Assembly (NCBI RefSeq): GCF_006345805.1
Contig: NC_043005.1
Location: forward strand, 109,554,001-109,618,000
Direction: 5' to 3'
Source of the DNA: Octopus sinensis
Lineage: Eukaryota
Length of the DNA: 64,000 nucleotides
Positions 1-11,705 of the stretch are shown here, in pieces. Each line of letters begins with the position of its first letter. The stretch's first letter is position 1. The notes beneath the pieces are model-generated. The model was given only the letters and a program-made list of their open reading frames with translations, had not been told where the DNA came from and ran no database searches. Made by a program: the position numbers and the translations under genes.

Positions 1-371
1 GATACCAGCTGGTTTCAAACAGCAGCAACCACAGCGGCCACTAAAGTAGCTACAGAAGACAAAGAGAGAAGATACAGTTAGTCTGTGAGAGTCGGAAAGT
101 AAAATATATTAAGTGGGTGACTTCACGGCCATCAAAGCACTGATGTTTCTTGGATGTGTTACAAGGTTTCTAAGTGTCTTGCAATATCAACAGATGTTAA
201 AAGGAACAATTTTGATAAGAAAATAGTCACAGGATGAGATACCGCCTTTTCATTTACATAGCATAAATAATAAAGAAAATATTCAAACAGATGTTTCAAT
301 TTGTTAATTAATTTCAGGTTAGGGCAAAAATTGATTCACTAAATTTTGGTTCTGCATAGAGATAAATAGCA

Positions 372-615
372 GAGGTGTGTGGCTTAGTGGTTAGGATGTT
401 GGACACATGATCATGAGATTGTGGTTTTGATTCCTAGATCGGGAAGTATGTTGTGTGTTCTTGAGCAAAACACTTCATTTCACATTGCTCCAGTCCATTC
501 AACTGGCAAAAATAAGTAATCCTGCAACGGACTGTCGCCCCATCCACTGGGGAATATATATATACACCACGGAAACTGGGAAACTGGTCCTAATGACCCT
601 GGCATGGCTCCAGAA
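372..615 (+). mobile_element. tRNA-derived SINE, family D
   Basis: A-box-like TGGCTTAGTGG and B-box-like GGTTTTGATTCC head, then body TTGTGTTCTTGAGCAAAACACTTCATTTCACATTGCTCCAGTC shared with copies at ~18.25-18.85 kb (-), 26.2 kb (+) and 41.7 kb (-). Confidence 0.75.
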
Positions 616-1087
616 GGAAATATACATACATGCATACATACATACATACATACACAGAGATAGCCGTTCAAAAATTTGGACCTGGAGATCTCCATTTCCA
701 GCGACTTCGAGGGTCACCTCCCAGTGGTGTCGGGCGTTAATGAAGAGCCCTCGACTACAACAAGACGACCAAAGTTTTTTTTTTTCCAAGTCTGGGGTCT
801 CCCGTCCCTAAGCTCTAGGCCATCGCCTAATTATCCTTACCCGTCTTGTTGCTTAACAGCAACAACAACTACACAGCGATAAGTGCAAGTTGCAAATATT
901 TCCTTGTAAGCTGTACACAGCTTCAGCAAGTTCTTTTTTCAAATGGGTTGCTAACAGAATCCTGTTTGTTAATGGCAATCACTGTCACTTCTTCATACTG
1001 ACAAACACACACAACTGCACTCACATTTTACTGTCATACACACACAGACATACACACACAGACACACATATTCAAGTATATGTATAT

Positions 1088-1297
1088 GTAGGAGTGGCTG
1101 TGTGGTAAGTAGCTTGCTTACCAACCACATGGTTCCAGGTTCATTCCCACTGCGTGGCACCTTGGGCAAGTGTCTTCTACAATAGCCTCGGGCCGACCAA
1201 AGCCTTGTGAGTGGATTTGGTTGACGGAAACTGAAAGAAGCCCATGGTATATATGTATATATGTGTGAGTGTGTGTGTGTGTTTGTGTATGTGTGTA

Positions 1298-1345
<48 letters not shown>

Positions 1346-1553
1346 CGTTTGTGTGTCTGTGTTTATCCCCACCAGCATTGCTTGACAACCAATGCTGGTG
1401 TGTTTACAACTTAGCGGTTCAGCAAAAGAGGCCAATAAAATAAGTACTAGGCTTACAAAGAATAAGTCTTGTGGTCGATTTGCTCGACTAAAGGTGGCGC
1501 TCCAGCATGGCCGCAGTCAAATGACTGAAACAAGTAAAAAAGTAAAAAAAAAA
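1088..1553 (+). mobile_element. tRNA-derived SINE, family A, full length
   Basis: Head GGAGTGGCTGTGTGGTAAG...GGTTCATTCCCA, central (TA)/(TG) tract, 3' GACTGAAACAAGTAAAA tail; more than 15 related copies in the window. Confidence 0.9.
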
Positions 1554-1839
1554 GCATGCAGATGTGTACTCACATGAGATAAGTTTGCATGTGTGTAAAT
1601 GTGTGTGTGTGGGCATTTATAAATGTGTTCATACATGTGTATATATGTATACGTATAAATATGTGTATACACACATATTTGTGTGTGTGTGTGCATGTAT
1701 GAGTATTTATCATGACATGCAAACATAGATACTACCAAAAACTTACCAGCTGGTCGTGTGGGCGTGTTTGTGTATGCATGCTTGTATGAATGTATGTATA
1801 TATACATTTATACACACACACACTAACAACCACACATAC

Positions 1840-2100
1840 ACACAAACACACACACACATCAATATATACATACACACACAAATACATAGTCACAAACGCA
1901 CATACACACACACACACACACATCAATATATACATACACACACAAATACATAGTCACAAACGCAAATACACACACTCACAAACACACACACACACCACAT
2001 ATCAATATATACATACACACACAAATACATAGTCACAAACGCACATACACACACTCACAAACACACACACACACATCAATATATACATACACACACACAC
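1840..2100. repeat. Microsatellite-derived minisatellite, ~4 units of ~60-70 bp
   Basis: ATCAATATATACATACACACAC recurs four times and AAATACATAGTCACAAACGCA three times. Confidence 0.8.
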
Positions 2101-3283
2101 ACAAGCTGGTGATCTTTTTTTTTATAGAGATCCACCATCAAATAAATTTATGCCAGTGATTTTAGGGTCCAGTAACAAGATGCCCACTCAATTTATTTCC
2201 TTCATTTCAGGTCCACCACGGTCATCAGTGACCGAGATCACAAAGTCTGTGATGCATTGAACCGAAAGTGACCAAAAACCCATAAAATTGCAGACTCTCT
2301 CCCTCTCTCTCCTCCTCACCCTCTCTTTGTGTCTTAGTTTCTCTCTCTACATCTCTCTATCAGTTTTTCCCTCTTCAAGTTCTCATGTTCTCTTTCTCTC
2401 TTTCTTTCTTTCTTTTCTTGTTTTTATTATGTGTTTTTTACAATTCTTTCCCTTGCTTTTGGTTTGTATGTCTGTAAGAATCATATATATACATGCATAT
2501 ATATATATATTTACATACATACATACATATATATATATACATATATATATATATATGCATACATATATATATATATATATATGCATACATATATATATAT
2601 GCATGCATACATATATACATATATACATACATACATACATATATACATATATACATACATATATATATATATATATATGTGTATATATATATATTTATAT
2701 ATGTGTATGTATGTATGTATGCATATATATAAACATATATAGTACAAACATAAACACACTCCTACACACACATATACATATATGTGTGTGTGTGTACACA
2801 TATGCATATATATGTATGTGTGTGTATATAAACATATATATATAGATAGATATACATGCAAACATGCATACATACATATATACATACATACATATATATA
2901 TACATACATACATACATACATGCAGAAAGAGGGCGGGCAAGAGAATGAGAGATGATTTATAAAATTTTATACCATCGATGTTATTGTTTTTCGTGATTTG
3001 CAATTTTTTTCTGTCTTTCATTGTTTGTTTTTCATTATCATATCATTTCACAGCCTCCCCCCCATCATCACCTCCCTCATCTCTCACCCCCAATCCCCAC
3101 CCTACCAATATCTCTTATCTTTTACCACCCACAATCTTCCCTCATCACTCAGTTTCACCATCTTCCTACCATCCTTGCACCATTCATAAGCCATCCACTA
3201 ACCATCCCACACCATTCATCCTCATCTTTTACATTTCATCATCAACCTCGTTCATTTCCATACTATGTACTGAAAACAAAATG

Positions 3284-3314
<31 letters not shown>

Positions 3315-3949
3315 TACATATAAAATGCCATGTACATATATAAATATTTATACATATTTGTGTGCATGTGTGTGTCTGTGTGTTGATATTTATATATTTA
3401 TGTATTAATGTTTGTATGTATCTATGTACGTATGTATGCATGCATGTATGTATGTATGTATATGTATGTGTATGTATGTATGTATGTATGTATGTACACA
3501 TACACATATATACATTTGGTTGGGGCAACTAAGGTTCATGATACGGTCTCATGACCTCCCAGAAATGACAGCCAAATGTCCCTCAAGTGAAGACCTTATT
3601 GCTTTAGATGAAAAGTGGATGTTCTTTATAACCTAGTCATACTCACCTCTAGAAAGTCAAAATGGTCACACTTAGATTACCTCTAATCATAGTGTTGTTC
3701 TTATCAAGGTTGAGTTGTGAACTAAACAACAATCAAAACTTAATCCTACAAAATTCAGATCCTCTCTTCAAGCATTTGGGCCAGAGAAAATTTGTAAAAT
3801 GGTTTATTATCAAATATCTCAATACTTTAAAGCAGCATTTCTCAAACAATCTGATGTGGCGTACTGGTAGTTTTTTTTTTTTTTTTCCAATGTGCCAGGG
3901 ACCGGTAATATTTCTTAATAATATTAATTTATACTGGAAGCAATATATA

Positions 3950-4260
3950 TAGTTACGGAGATGTACTTGCATAGCAAGTGACCTAATCTGAGATTGTGTG
4001 CTGGAACGAAAACAATTGCAGCGTGGAAGGTGTTTATAAGCCATTTAAGAAACACACAAAAACCGTTAGATTTAAATTTAATTTGTCAAAATATTTTCTT
4101 CGCTTTGAGACCACGACCTGTTCACAGAGTGTTGTCAGTGAACAGGTCGTGGTCTCAAAGAGACAAAAATATTTTGACAAATTAAATTTAAATGTTGAAG
4201 TGAATCTAACGGTTTTTGTGTGTTTCTTAAATGGCTTATAAACACCTTCCACGCTGCAAT
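3950..4260. mobile_element. Palindromic PLE-terminus-like element nested in the hAT MITE
   Basis: Inverted arms 4015-4125 / 4138-4260 with a 12-nt loop; flanked by short (TA)n; carries a hammerhead-like motif. Confidence 0.7.
4132..4180 (+). ncRNA. Minimal type I hammerhead ribozyme-like motif, G3-C8 core variant (decayed)
   Basis: UUGUCA-GUGAACA-G-GUCGU(GGUCUCAAA)GAGAC-AAAA-AUAU-UU-UGACAA; the mirror arm supplies GCGAA-GAAA, so the two-arm consensus is an intact fold. Confidence 0.55.
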
Positions 4261-4671
4261 ATATATAATGGATATAATAAAAGTTGACAATTTTTTAAAT
4301 CTTATATTTATTTTGTAAACAAAGAATACAATATTACATAAGCATTCTATAAGCATTTTATAAGGTTTCTTTTTTTTCTGGAAACTTGCCGTATACAGGC
4401 AGCTGATGGCTTGCAGACTGGCACAGGCCCATGAGCCATCACTTTGAGTAGCACTGCTTTAAAGTACAATCTAAAACAGAACACCAAATTTTATTTCTCA
4501 CCTGTAGATTAAAACTTCTAATTTCATAGTTGGGAGTTTAGTAAGTCAATTCGATGTAGGGGCAAAACAATTGTCATATCTGCAGTAGATGTATGTTTTT
4601 CTGTGTAAGAAGTTTTTTATCCCATGTACTCTGACTTGCTATTTATTGCTACATATGCATTTGAGAAACTT

Positions 4672-4711
<40 letters not shown>

Positions 4712-4714
4712 TGC

Positions 4715-4872
4715 ACAGGAGTGGCTGTGTGGTAAGGAGCTTGCATCTTAATGACATGGTTCTGGGTTCAATTCCACCGTGTGGCACCTTCGGCAAGTAT
4801 TTTCTACTATAGCCTCAGGCCGACCAAAGCTTGTGAGTGGATTTGGCAGACAGAAACTGAAAGAAACCTGCC

Positions 4873-4875
<3 letters not shown>
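4715..4875 (+). mobile_element. SINE family A, 5' half
   Basis: Family A head through AAACTGAAAGAAACC, ending in (TA)n. Confidence 0.85.
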
Positions 4876-4919
<44 letters not shown>

Positions 4920-5169
4920 AATATATTGAGGGAATATTATTCCAAACTTACAGGGAAAAATTCAATTTAGAAATACTAAATCAAATTTCTCAAAATATAA
5001 TATATTTATAAATTAGAAAAAAAACATCTTTTATCAATTCAAAATGAAAAATTAAATTACACCAGCTAGAAAATTACATATAATAGAAATATTAAATATA
5101 AGATAAAAAATAATATACCAATGATTAAGTAATGTGCAAAATAATAAATAAAATGTATATATTTTGTAG

Positions 5170-5272
5170 AATAACGACACGTGTTTCATAGCTGTATTTA
5201 AGAAATGATTATAGTAAAGATATTAGTAGTAGTAGTAAAATCACTTCAATATAGCCACTTATCAGGTTTTAT
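5170..5272 (-). ncRNA. Type I hammerhead-like motif with extended stem II
   Basis: Minus strand AAAAC-CUGAUAA-GUGGCUAUAUUGAAGUGAUU...AAUCAUUUCUUAAAUACAGCUAU-GAAA-CACGU-GUC-GUU; palindromic ACACGUGU and GUC site; G8 is A. Confidence 0.55.
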
Positions 5273-5310
5273 TAATTATTTTTATTTATTATATTTATTA
5301 TATATAAAAA

Positions 5311-5764
5311 ATCAAATCAAACCAAATCAAAATAGATGAACATCAATGGAATTTGTATCTTTGTGATACCAGTGCTGGTGGCACATAAGAAAACCATCCG
5401 AACGTGGCTGTAGCCAGTATCGCATCAACTGGCCTCCGTGCTGTGGGCACGTAACAAACACCATCCGATCGTGGCTGTTCGCCAGCCTCGTCTGGCACCT
5501 GTGTCGGTGGCACATAAAAAACACCATCCGAGCATGGCCGTTCGCCAGCCTCGTCTGGCACCTGTGTCGGTGGCACATAAAATCACCCACTACACTCTCG
5601 GAGTGGTTGGCATTAGGAAGGGCATCCAGCTGTAGAAACACTGCCAGATCTGACTGGCCTGGTGCAGCCTTTGGGCTCCCCAGATCCCAGTTGAACCGTC
5701 CAACCCATGCTAGCATGGAAAGCGGACGTTAAACGATGATGATGATGATGATGATGATGATGAT
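5311..5764 (+). mobile_element. RTE-type LINE 3' UTR fragment with (GAT)n tail
   Basis: ~62-bp internal subrepeats, GGTTGGCATTAGGAAGGGCATCCAGCTGTAGAAAC block, ends GGACGTTAAAC(GAT)n. Confidence 0.75.
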
Positions 5765-5864
5765 AAAATATATACGTTTTATTTATTATTTTGCACATTA
5801 CTTAATTATCGGTATATTATTTTTTAATCTTATATTTAATATTTCTATTATATGTAATTTTCTA

Positions 5865-6225
5865 GATGGTGTTGTGGGGTGCTGGACAGAAGGACCTGTT
5901 AAGTTGCTCAGGGTCTTGTTTAGTCCAGATCTTCAAGTGAGCAAGAACAGACAGGGTAGCCAGTTTCACCCAGAAACAGGCTGAGAGGAAGCTGTCCCTG
6001 AAAGTTTGGGCAGAGGTGGCAATTGCGTACATCATGTCTGTCATATACTACTGCCTGATTGTTGTCCTTTGTCCCACTTCGTGGATGAATGGGCTGGTAT
6101 GCTTGCTCTTCCATTTCCTGTGGAGGGGACAGATATGGCTTGTCAGATGGTCCATTTGCTGCCAGCACCTGTTGTGTGGAGGACTGGGCATGCTTTGGCT
6201 GAGGATGTGCAGACATGTGCTGAGG
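5865..6225 (+). pseudogene. L1/Tx1-clade LINE ORF2 fragment (post-RT region)
   Basis: Frameshifted translation RKLSLKVWAEVAIAYIMSVIYY...LFHFLWRG...VRWSICC...GGLGM resembles the Tx1/L1 LSLxGR...FLW...GGLG pattern. Confidence 0.65.
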
Positions 6226-6876
6226 CTAGTGACTGAGACCTTTGGAAATATGCTGTGCTTGAAAAGACTCAGCAGGCCAAGTGAGACCATAATCCGTGGC
6301 CTATGCCAGGAGTGTAACCAGCCCACTTATGCATACCTTTCCTTCATTGCACTCTAAACTATGCTTTGTGAAGACCTGTTGAGGCAAGTGAAATCAAAAT
6401 CCAAATCAAATTCGATGACTGGCATCCATGCTAGTGGAGCGCTAAGAGCACCATCCGAGAAACATCGTTGCTAGCACAGCTGACTGGCTTCCTTGCTGGT
6501 GACGCATAAAAGCACCATTAAAGCATGATCGTTACCAGCGTTACCTTACTGGCACTTGTGCTAGTGGCACGTGAAAAAAAACATTTGAGCAAAGTCGTTG
6601 CCAGTGCCACTGGACTGGCACCTGTGCAAGTGGCACATAAAAAACACCATTTGAGTGTGGTTGTTGTCACTATCGTCTGACTGGCCCTCACGCCAGTAGT
6701 ACATAAAAGCACCCACTACACTCTCGGAGTGGTTGGCGTTAGGAAGGGCATCCAGCTGTAGAAAATCTGCCTGATTAGATTGGAGCCTGGTGCAGCCATC
6801 TGGTTCGCCAGTCCTCAGTCAAGTCATCCAACCCATGCTAGCATGGAAAGCGGATGTTAAACAGTGATGATGATGA
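6226..6876 (+). mobile_element. RTE LINE 3' end (last codons plus 3' UTR)
   Basis: DLWKYAVLEKTQQAK* followed by the same 3' UTR module and (GAT)n tail. Confidence 0.75.
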
Positions 6877-6879
6877 TTA

Positions 6880-6931
<52 letters not shown>

Positions 6932-7920
6932 CATTATTCTCATGGTGGTGGTGGTGGTGGTAAATTGGTTCAACAGCCTACAATTTCTTTTTATCAGCTA
7001 CCTTAGATAATGATGTACCAATAAGGGTGCCCTCTATACAGTTCCTAAGTTTTCTAGAAATAACAGCCAAATTACTCTTCAAATCAAATCTTAATGTCTT
7101 AAGAAATTGAAAGAACTGGATAAATAATTTGCTGGATAAACAAGGTAGGTTTAGTTATAGTTATCCTTAGTTAGAATACGATGGAAGAATAGCACGTGAT
7201 GTGTTGGTCACAAGCAGAATAATTTTGGCCATAGGTATATTTGAACAGAGCTAAACTTGGGCGAAGCAACAACAACAACAACAATGAAGATATTGAATGA
7301 TTGATTCATTGATTCGTGATACATATTAATCATAGACTTTTCATATAAAGTAAACAATAGTCCTGAGTATATAATGAATATTGGAGCTATATGTGTATAC
7401 ATGAATGTATATAGACATATATCTGTGTGTATGTGTGAGTGTAAGCCTTAGCATACATATGTGTGTGTATACATACGCACACACACATATATATGTACAT
7501 GCATATATATATATATATATGTGTGTGTGTATGTGTGTGTATGTGTGTGTGTGTATTTATGTGTGTGTGTGTATATATATATATGTGTGTGTGTATATAT
7601 ATATGTGTATATATATATATATGTGTGTGTATATATATATATATATGTGTGTATATATATATGTGTGTGTATATATATATATGTATATATGTATATATAT
7701 ATGTATATATATGTATATATATATATGTATATATATGTATATATGTATATATATATGTATATATATGTATATATATATATATATGTATGTATGTATATAT
7801 GTATGTATGTATAAATGTATATGTACATATATGTATATATGTATATGTACATATATGTATATATGTATATATATATATATATATATACATACACATATAT
7901 ATTTATATATATGCATATAT

Positions 7921-8168
7921 GTATCAATGCAGGCATGTGCGTGCGTGCATGCATGCCGTGTTTTGTTTATTCATTTAGCAAAAATAAATACGCATCAAAA
8001 CCACGTTTTATCCATTGTACGTCCCTTCCCCCCGGCCGCCGGACCCCACAGACACACTTCACAATTTCTGATTATGTTGGAACTGTTAGCGTCCATCAAT
8101 TTTATCCAGTGATTCTTAAAAGCGAATTTCATGTTTTCTTTCTCGCAGATAATGGTCAGCAAGAGATT

Positions 8169-8218
<50 letters not shown>

Positions 8219-8512
8219 CAGCCACATTTCATCCACATGATTGTATTCAGTGGATCAAGTTATGACCTGAACAATCTAAAGGATAATTGCTAGTCCAGGC
8301 TGGCAGAATGACAGAATATCTAGTTCACTATTGTTTGAACAAGAACCTTTTTCAATAAATAGACTTCGTATTTTGGCTTTAGAAAATTGGTTCGCTGCAT
8401 TAAAAGAAAAATATTAAAATATATATATGTTATATATACATACTCATATATATATGTGTGTGTGCATATATATATATGTGTGTGTATATATATATGTATA
8501 TGTATATATATG

Positions 8513-8547
<35 letters not shown>

Positions 8548-9111
8548 GTATATATATATATTATATATGTATGTATATATATATATATATGTGTGTGTAT
8601 ATATATATGTGTGTGTATATATATATATTATATGTATATATATGTGTATATATATGTATATATATATATGTATATATAGTATATATATATATATAATATA
8701 TGTATATATATGTATATATATATATATGTATGTATGTATATATGTATGTATGTATATATGTATATGTATATATATATAATATATATGTATATATATGTAT
8801 ATATGTAAATATATATATACACATATATATATGTATATATATATATTATATATATGCATATATGTATCAATGCAGGCATGTGCGTGCGTGCATGCATGCC
8901 GTGTTTTGTTTATTCATTTAGCAAAAATAAATACGCATCAAAACCACGTTTTATCCATTGTACGTCCCTTCCCCCCGGCCGCCGGACCCCACAGACACAC
9001 TTCACAATTTCTGATTATGTTGGAACTGTTAGCGTCCATCAATTTTATCCAGTGATTCTTAAAAGCGAATTTCATGTTTTCTTTCTCGCAGATAATGGTC
9101 AGCAAGAGATT

Positions 9112-9161
<50 letters not shown>

Positions 9162-9380
9162 CAGCCACATTTCATCCACATGATTGTATTCAGTGGATCA
9201 AGTTATGACCTGAACAATCTAAAGGATAATTGCTAGTCCAGGCTGGCAGAATGACAGAATATCTAGTTCACTATTGTTTGAACAAGAACCTTTTTCAATA
9301 AATAGACTTCGTATTTTGGCTTTAGAAAATTGGTTCGCTGCATTAAAAGAAAAATATTAAAATATATATGTTATATATAC
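7921..9380. repeat. Tandem duplication, period 943 bp
   Basis: Unique ~500-bp core starting GTATCAATGCAGGC at 7921 and again at 8864, separated by (TA)-type microsatellite. Confidence 0.9.
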
Positions 9381-9603
9381 ATACTCATATATATATGTGT
9401 GTGTGCATATATATATATGTGTGTGTATATATATATGTATATGTATATATATGTATATATATTATATATATATATGTATATATATATATATGTATATATA
9501 TATTATATATATGTATGTATATATATATATATGTATATATATATGTGTATATATATATATATATGCATATATATATGTATATATATATATGTGTGTATAT
9601 ATA

Positions 9604-9670
<67 letters not shown>

Positions 9671-10244
9671 CATATATATATACATATACATATATGTATG
9701 TGTGTGTATGTATATATATATAATATACATATATATATGCATGTGTATACATATCTACATACATTCATATATTTATATGTTTATGTATATGTATGCATGT
9801 ATGTATGTATGGTTGTATGTATGTATGTATACTAATAAATATATATATGTGTATGCATGCAATATTCATGCACATTGTATATACACAGATACAAGTGTGT
9901 ATATGAGTGCATGAATGGAGGCATGGATGGATGGATGGATGGATGGTTAAGAAGCTTGCTTTGAAATCATGAAGCAATAGGTTCAGTCCCATTGCACAGC
10001 TCCTTTGACAAGTCTCCTTTACTTGAGACTGAGTTCAATCCAACCCTTGCAACAATTAGGGAGTTTACAGAAATTATATGAAAGCCCTTCAAGTGGACAA
10101 TGTCTGCAATTCAAAGGTCCAGCCTTGTTACAAACTGTGTTCTTCGGATTGCATCTCAGAACTACATTAAAGGTATACATGTCTGTGGAATACTCAGCTA
10201 CCCATATTCTAATTTAATAAATAGCTATTTCAGTTCATTATGCA

Positions 10245-10364
10245 GCATAGTATGGCTCTTTGGTCAGAAGTTCACTTCCTAACTGCATGGTTCCAAGTTC
10301 AGTCCCGGGTCACACCTTTGCCAAGTGTGTTCTACTATAGCCCCAGGCCCAGTAAAGCCTCGTG
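10245..10364 (+). mobile_element. SINE family A 5' part, truncated at the palindrome boundary
   Basis: Degenerate head through AAAGCCTCGTG, then abrupt switch at 10365. Confidence 0.65.
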
Positions 10365-10618
10365 AAGGCGACACTGGTAACGATCACACTCGAATGGTGT
10401 CTTTTATGTGCCACTGGCACGGAAGCCGGTTAACCGCTCTGTCAATGATCACACTCATATGGTGCTCTTCGCACCCGACTAGCATAGACATCAGTCATCG
10501 AATTTGATTTTGATTTTGAGGTATGATAAAAGGATTCTCAAGATTATTTGTACCAATTTGTTTTCAAATACAGCTTTTCTTTTGTGAGCTATGCATGACC
10601 TCATAAATCGGATGCACC

Positions 10619-10675
<57 letters not shown>

Positions 10676-11393
10676 ATATTGCACTAGGCATCATTCAGTC
10701 TCTTATTTCTTTACTTCCCACAAGGGGCTAAACATAGAGGGGACAAACAAGTACAGACATAGGTATTAAGTCGATTACATCGACTTAGTGTTTCACTAGT
10801 ACTTAATTTATCGACCCCGAAAGGATGGACGGCAAAGTCGACCTCGGCGGAATATGAACTCAGAACATAACAGCAGACGAAATACCACTAAGCATTTCGC
10901 CCAACGTACTAACATTTCTGCCAGCTTGCTGCCTTCAGTTTCTGCCAGAAACTGAAGGCAGTAAGCTGGCAGAAATGTTAGTACGTTGGGCGAAATGCTT
11001 AGTGGTATTTCGTCTGCTGTTATGTTCTGAGTTCATATTCCGCCGAGGTCGACTTTGCCGTCCATCCTTTCGGGGTCGATAAATTAAGTACTAGTGAAAC
11101 ACTAAGTCGATGTAATCGACTTAATACCTATGTCTGTACTTGTTTGTCCCCTCTATGTTTAGCCCCTTGTGAGTAGTAAAGAAATAGGTATTTCGTCTGC
11201 CGTTATGTTCTGAGTTCAAATTCCACTTTGCCATTCAGCCTTTCAGGATTGACAAATTAAGTACCAGTTATGCACTGGGGTCAATGTAATTGACTTAATC
11301 CCTTTGTCTGTCCTTGTTTGTCCCCTCTATGTTTAGCCCCTTGTGGGAAGTAAAGAAATAAGAGACTGAATGATGCCTAGTGCAATATTGTAT

Positions 11394-11451
<58 letters not shown>

Positions 11452-11705
11452 GGTGCATCCGATTTATGAGGTCATGCATAGCTCACAAAAGAAAAGCTGT
11501 ATTTGAAAACAAATTGGTACAAATAATCTTGAGAATCCTTTTATCATACCTCAAAATCAAAATCAAATTCGATGACTGATGACTATGCTAGTCGGGTGCG
11601 AAGAGCACCATATGAGTATGATCATTGACAGAGCGGTTAACCGGCTTCCGTGCCAGTGGCACATAAAAGACACCATTCGAGTGTGATCGTTACCAGTGTC
11701 GCCTT
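10365..11705. repeat. Large fold-back inverted duplication centred at 10945
   Basis: TTTCTG-C-CAGAAA centre; arms contain an RTE-UTR piece, ~170 bp unique DNA, (CA)n/(TG)n and SINE C; identical-start ORFs 10491-10694(-) and 11370-11579(+). Confidence 0.95.
10955..11360 (+). mobile_element. SINE family C, partially dimeric (mirror monomer at 10705-10935, -)
   Basis: AGCTGGCAGAAATGTTAG head, GAGTTCA B-box-like motif, AAAGAAATA tail; 3' ~174 bp repeated. Confidence 0.85.

Larger units (their letters stand above)
3833..4456. mobile_element. Non-autonomous hAT (Charlie-like) element with perfect 8-bp TSD
   Basis: Imperfect TIRs CAGCATTTCTCAAA / TTTGAGTAGCACTG; CTTTAAAG on both sides (3825-3832 and 4457-4464). 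Confidence 0.8.
4920..5872. mobile_element. Inverted-repeat PLE-terminus-like element interrupted by an RTE tail
   Basis: 5059-5165 is the reverse complement of 5765-5872; hammerhead-like motif at 5170-5272 (-); left end abuts (TA)n(ATA)n. Confidence 0.65.

Noticed and set aside
2195-2235. Minus-strand CUGAUGA...GAAA spacing
   Set aside because: No stem II closing pair and no UH/stem I; the region fits a splice acceptor better.
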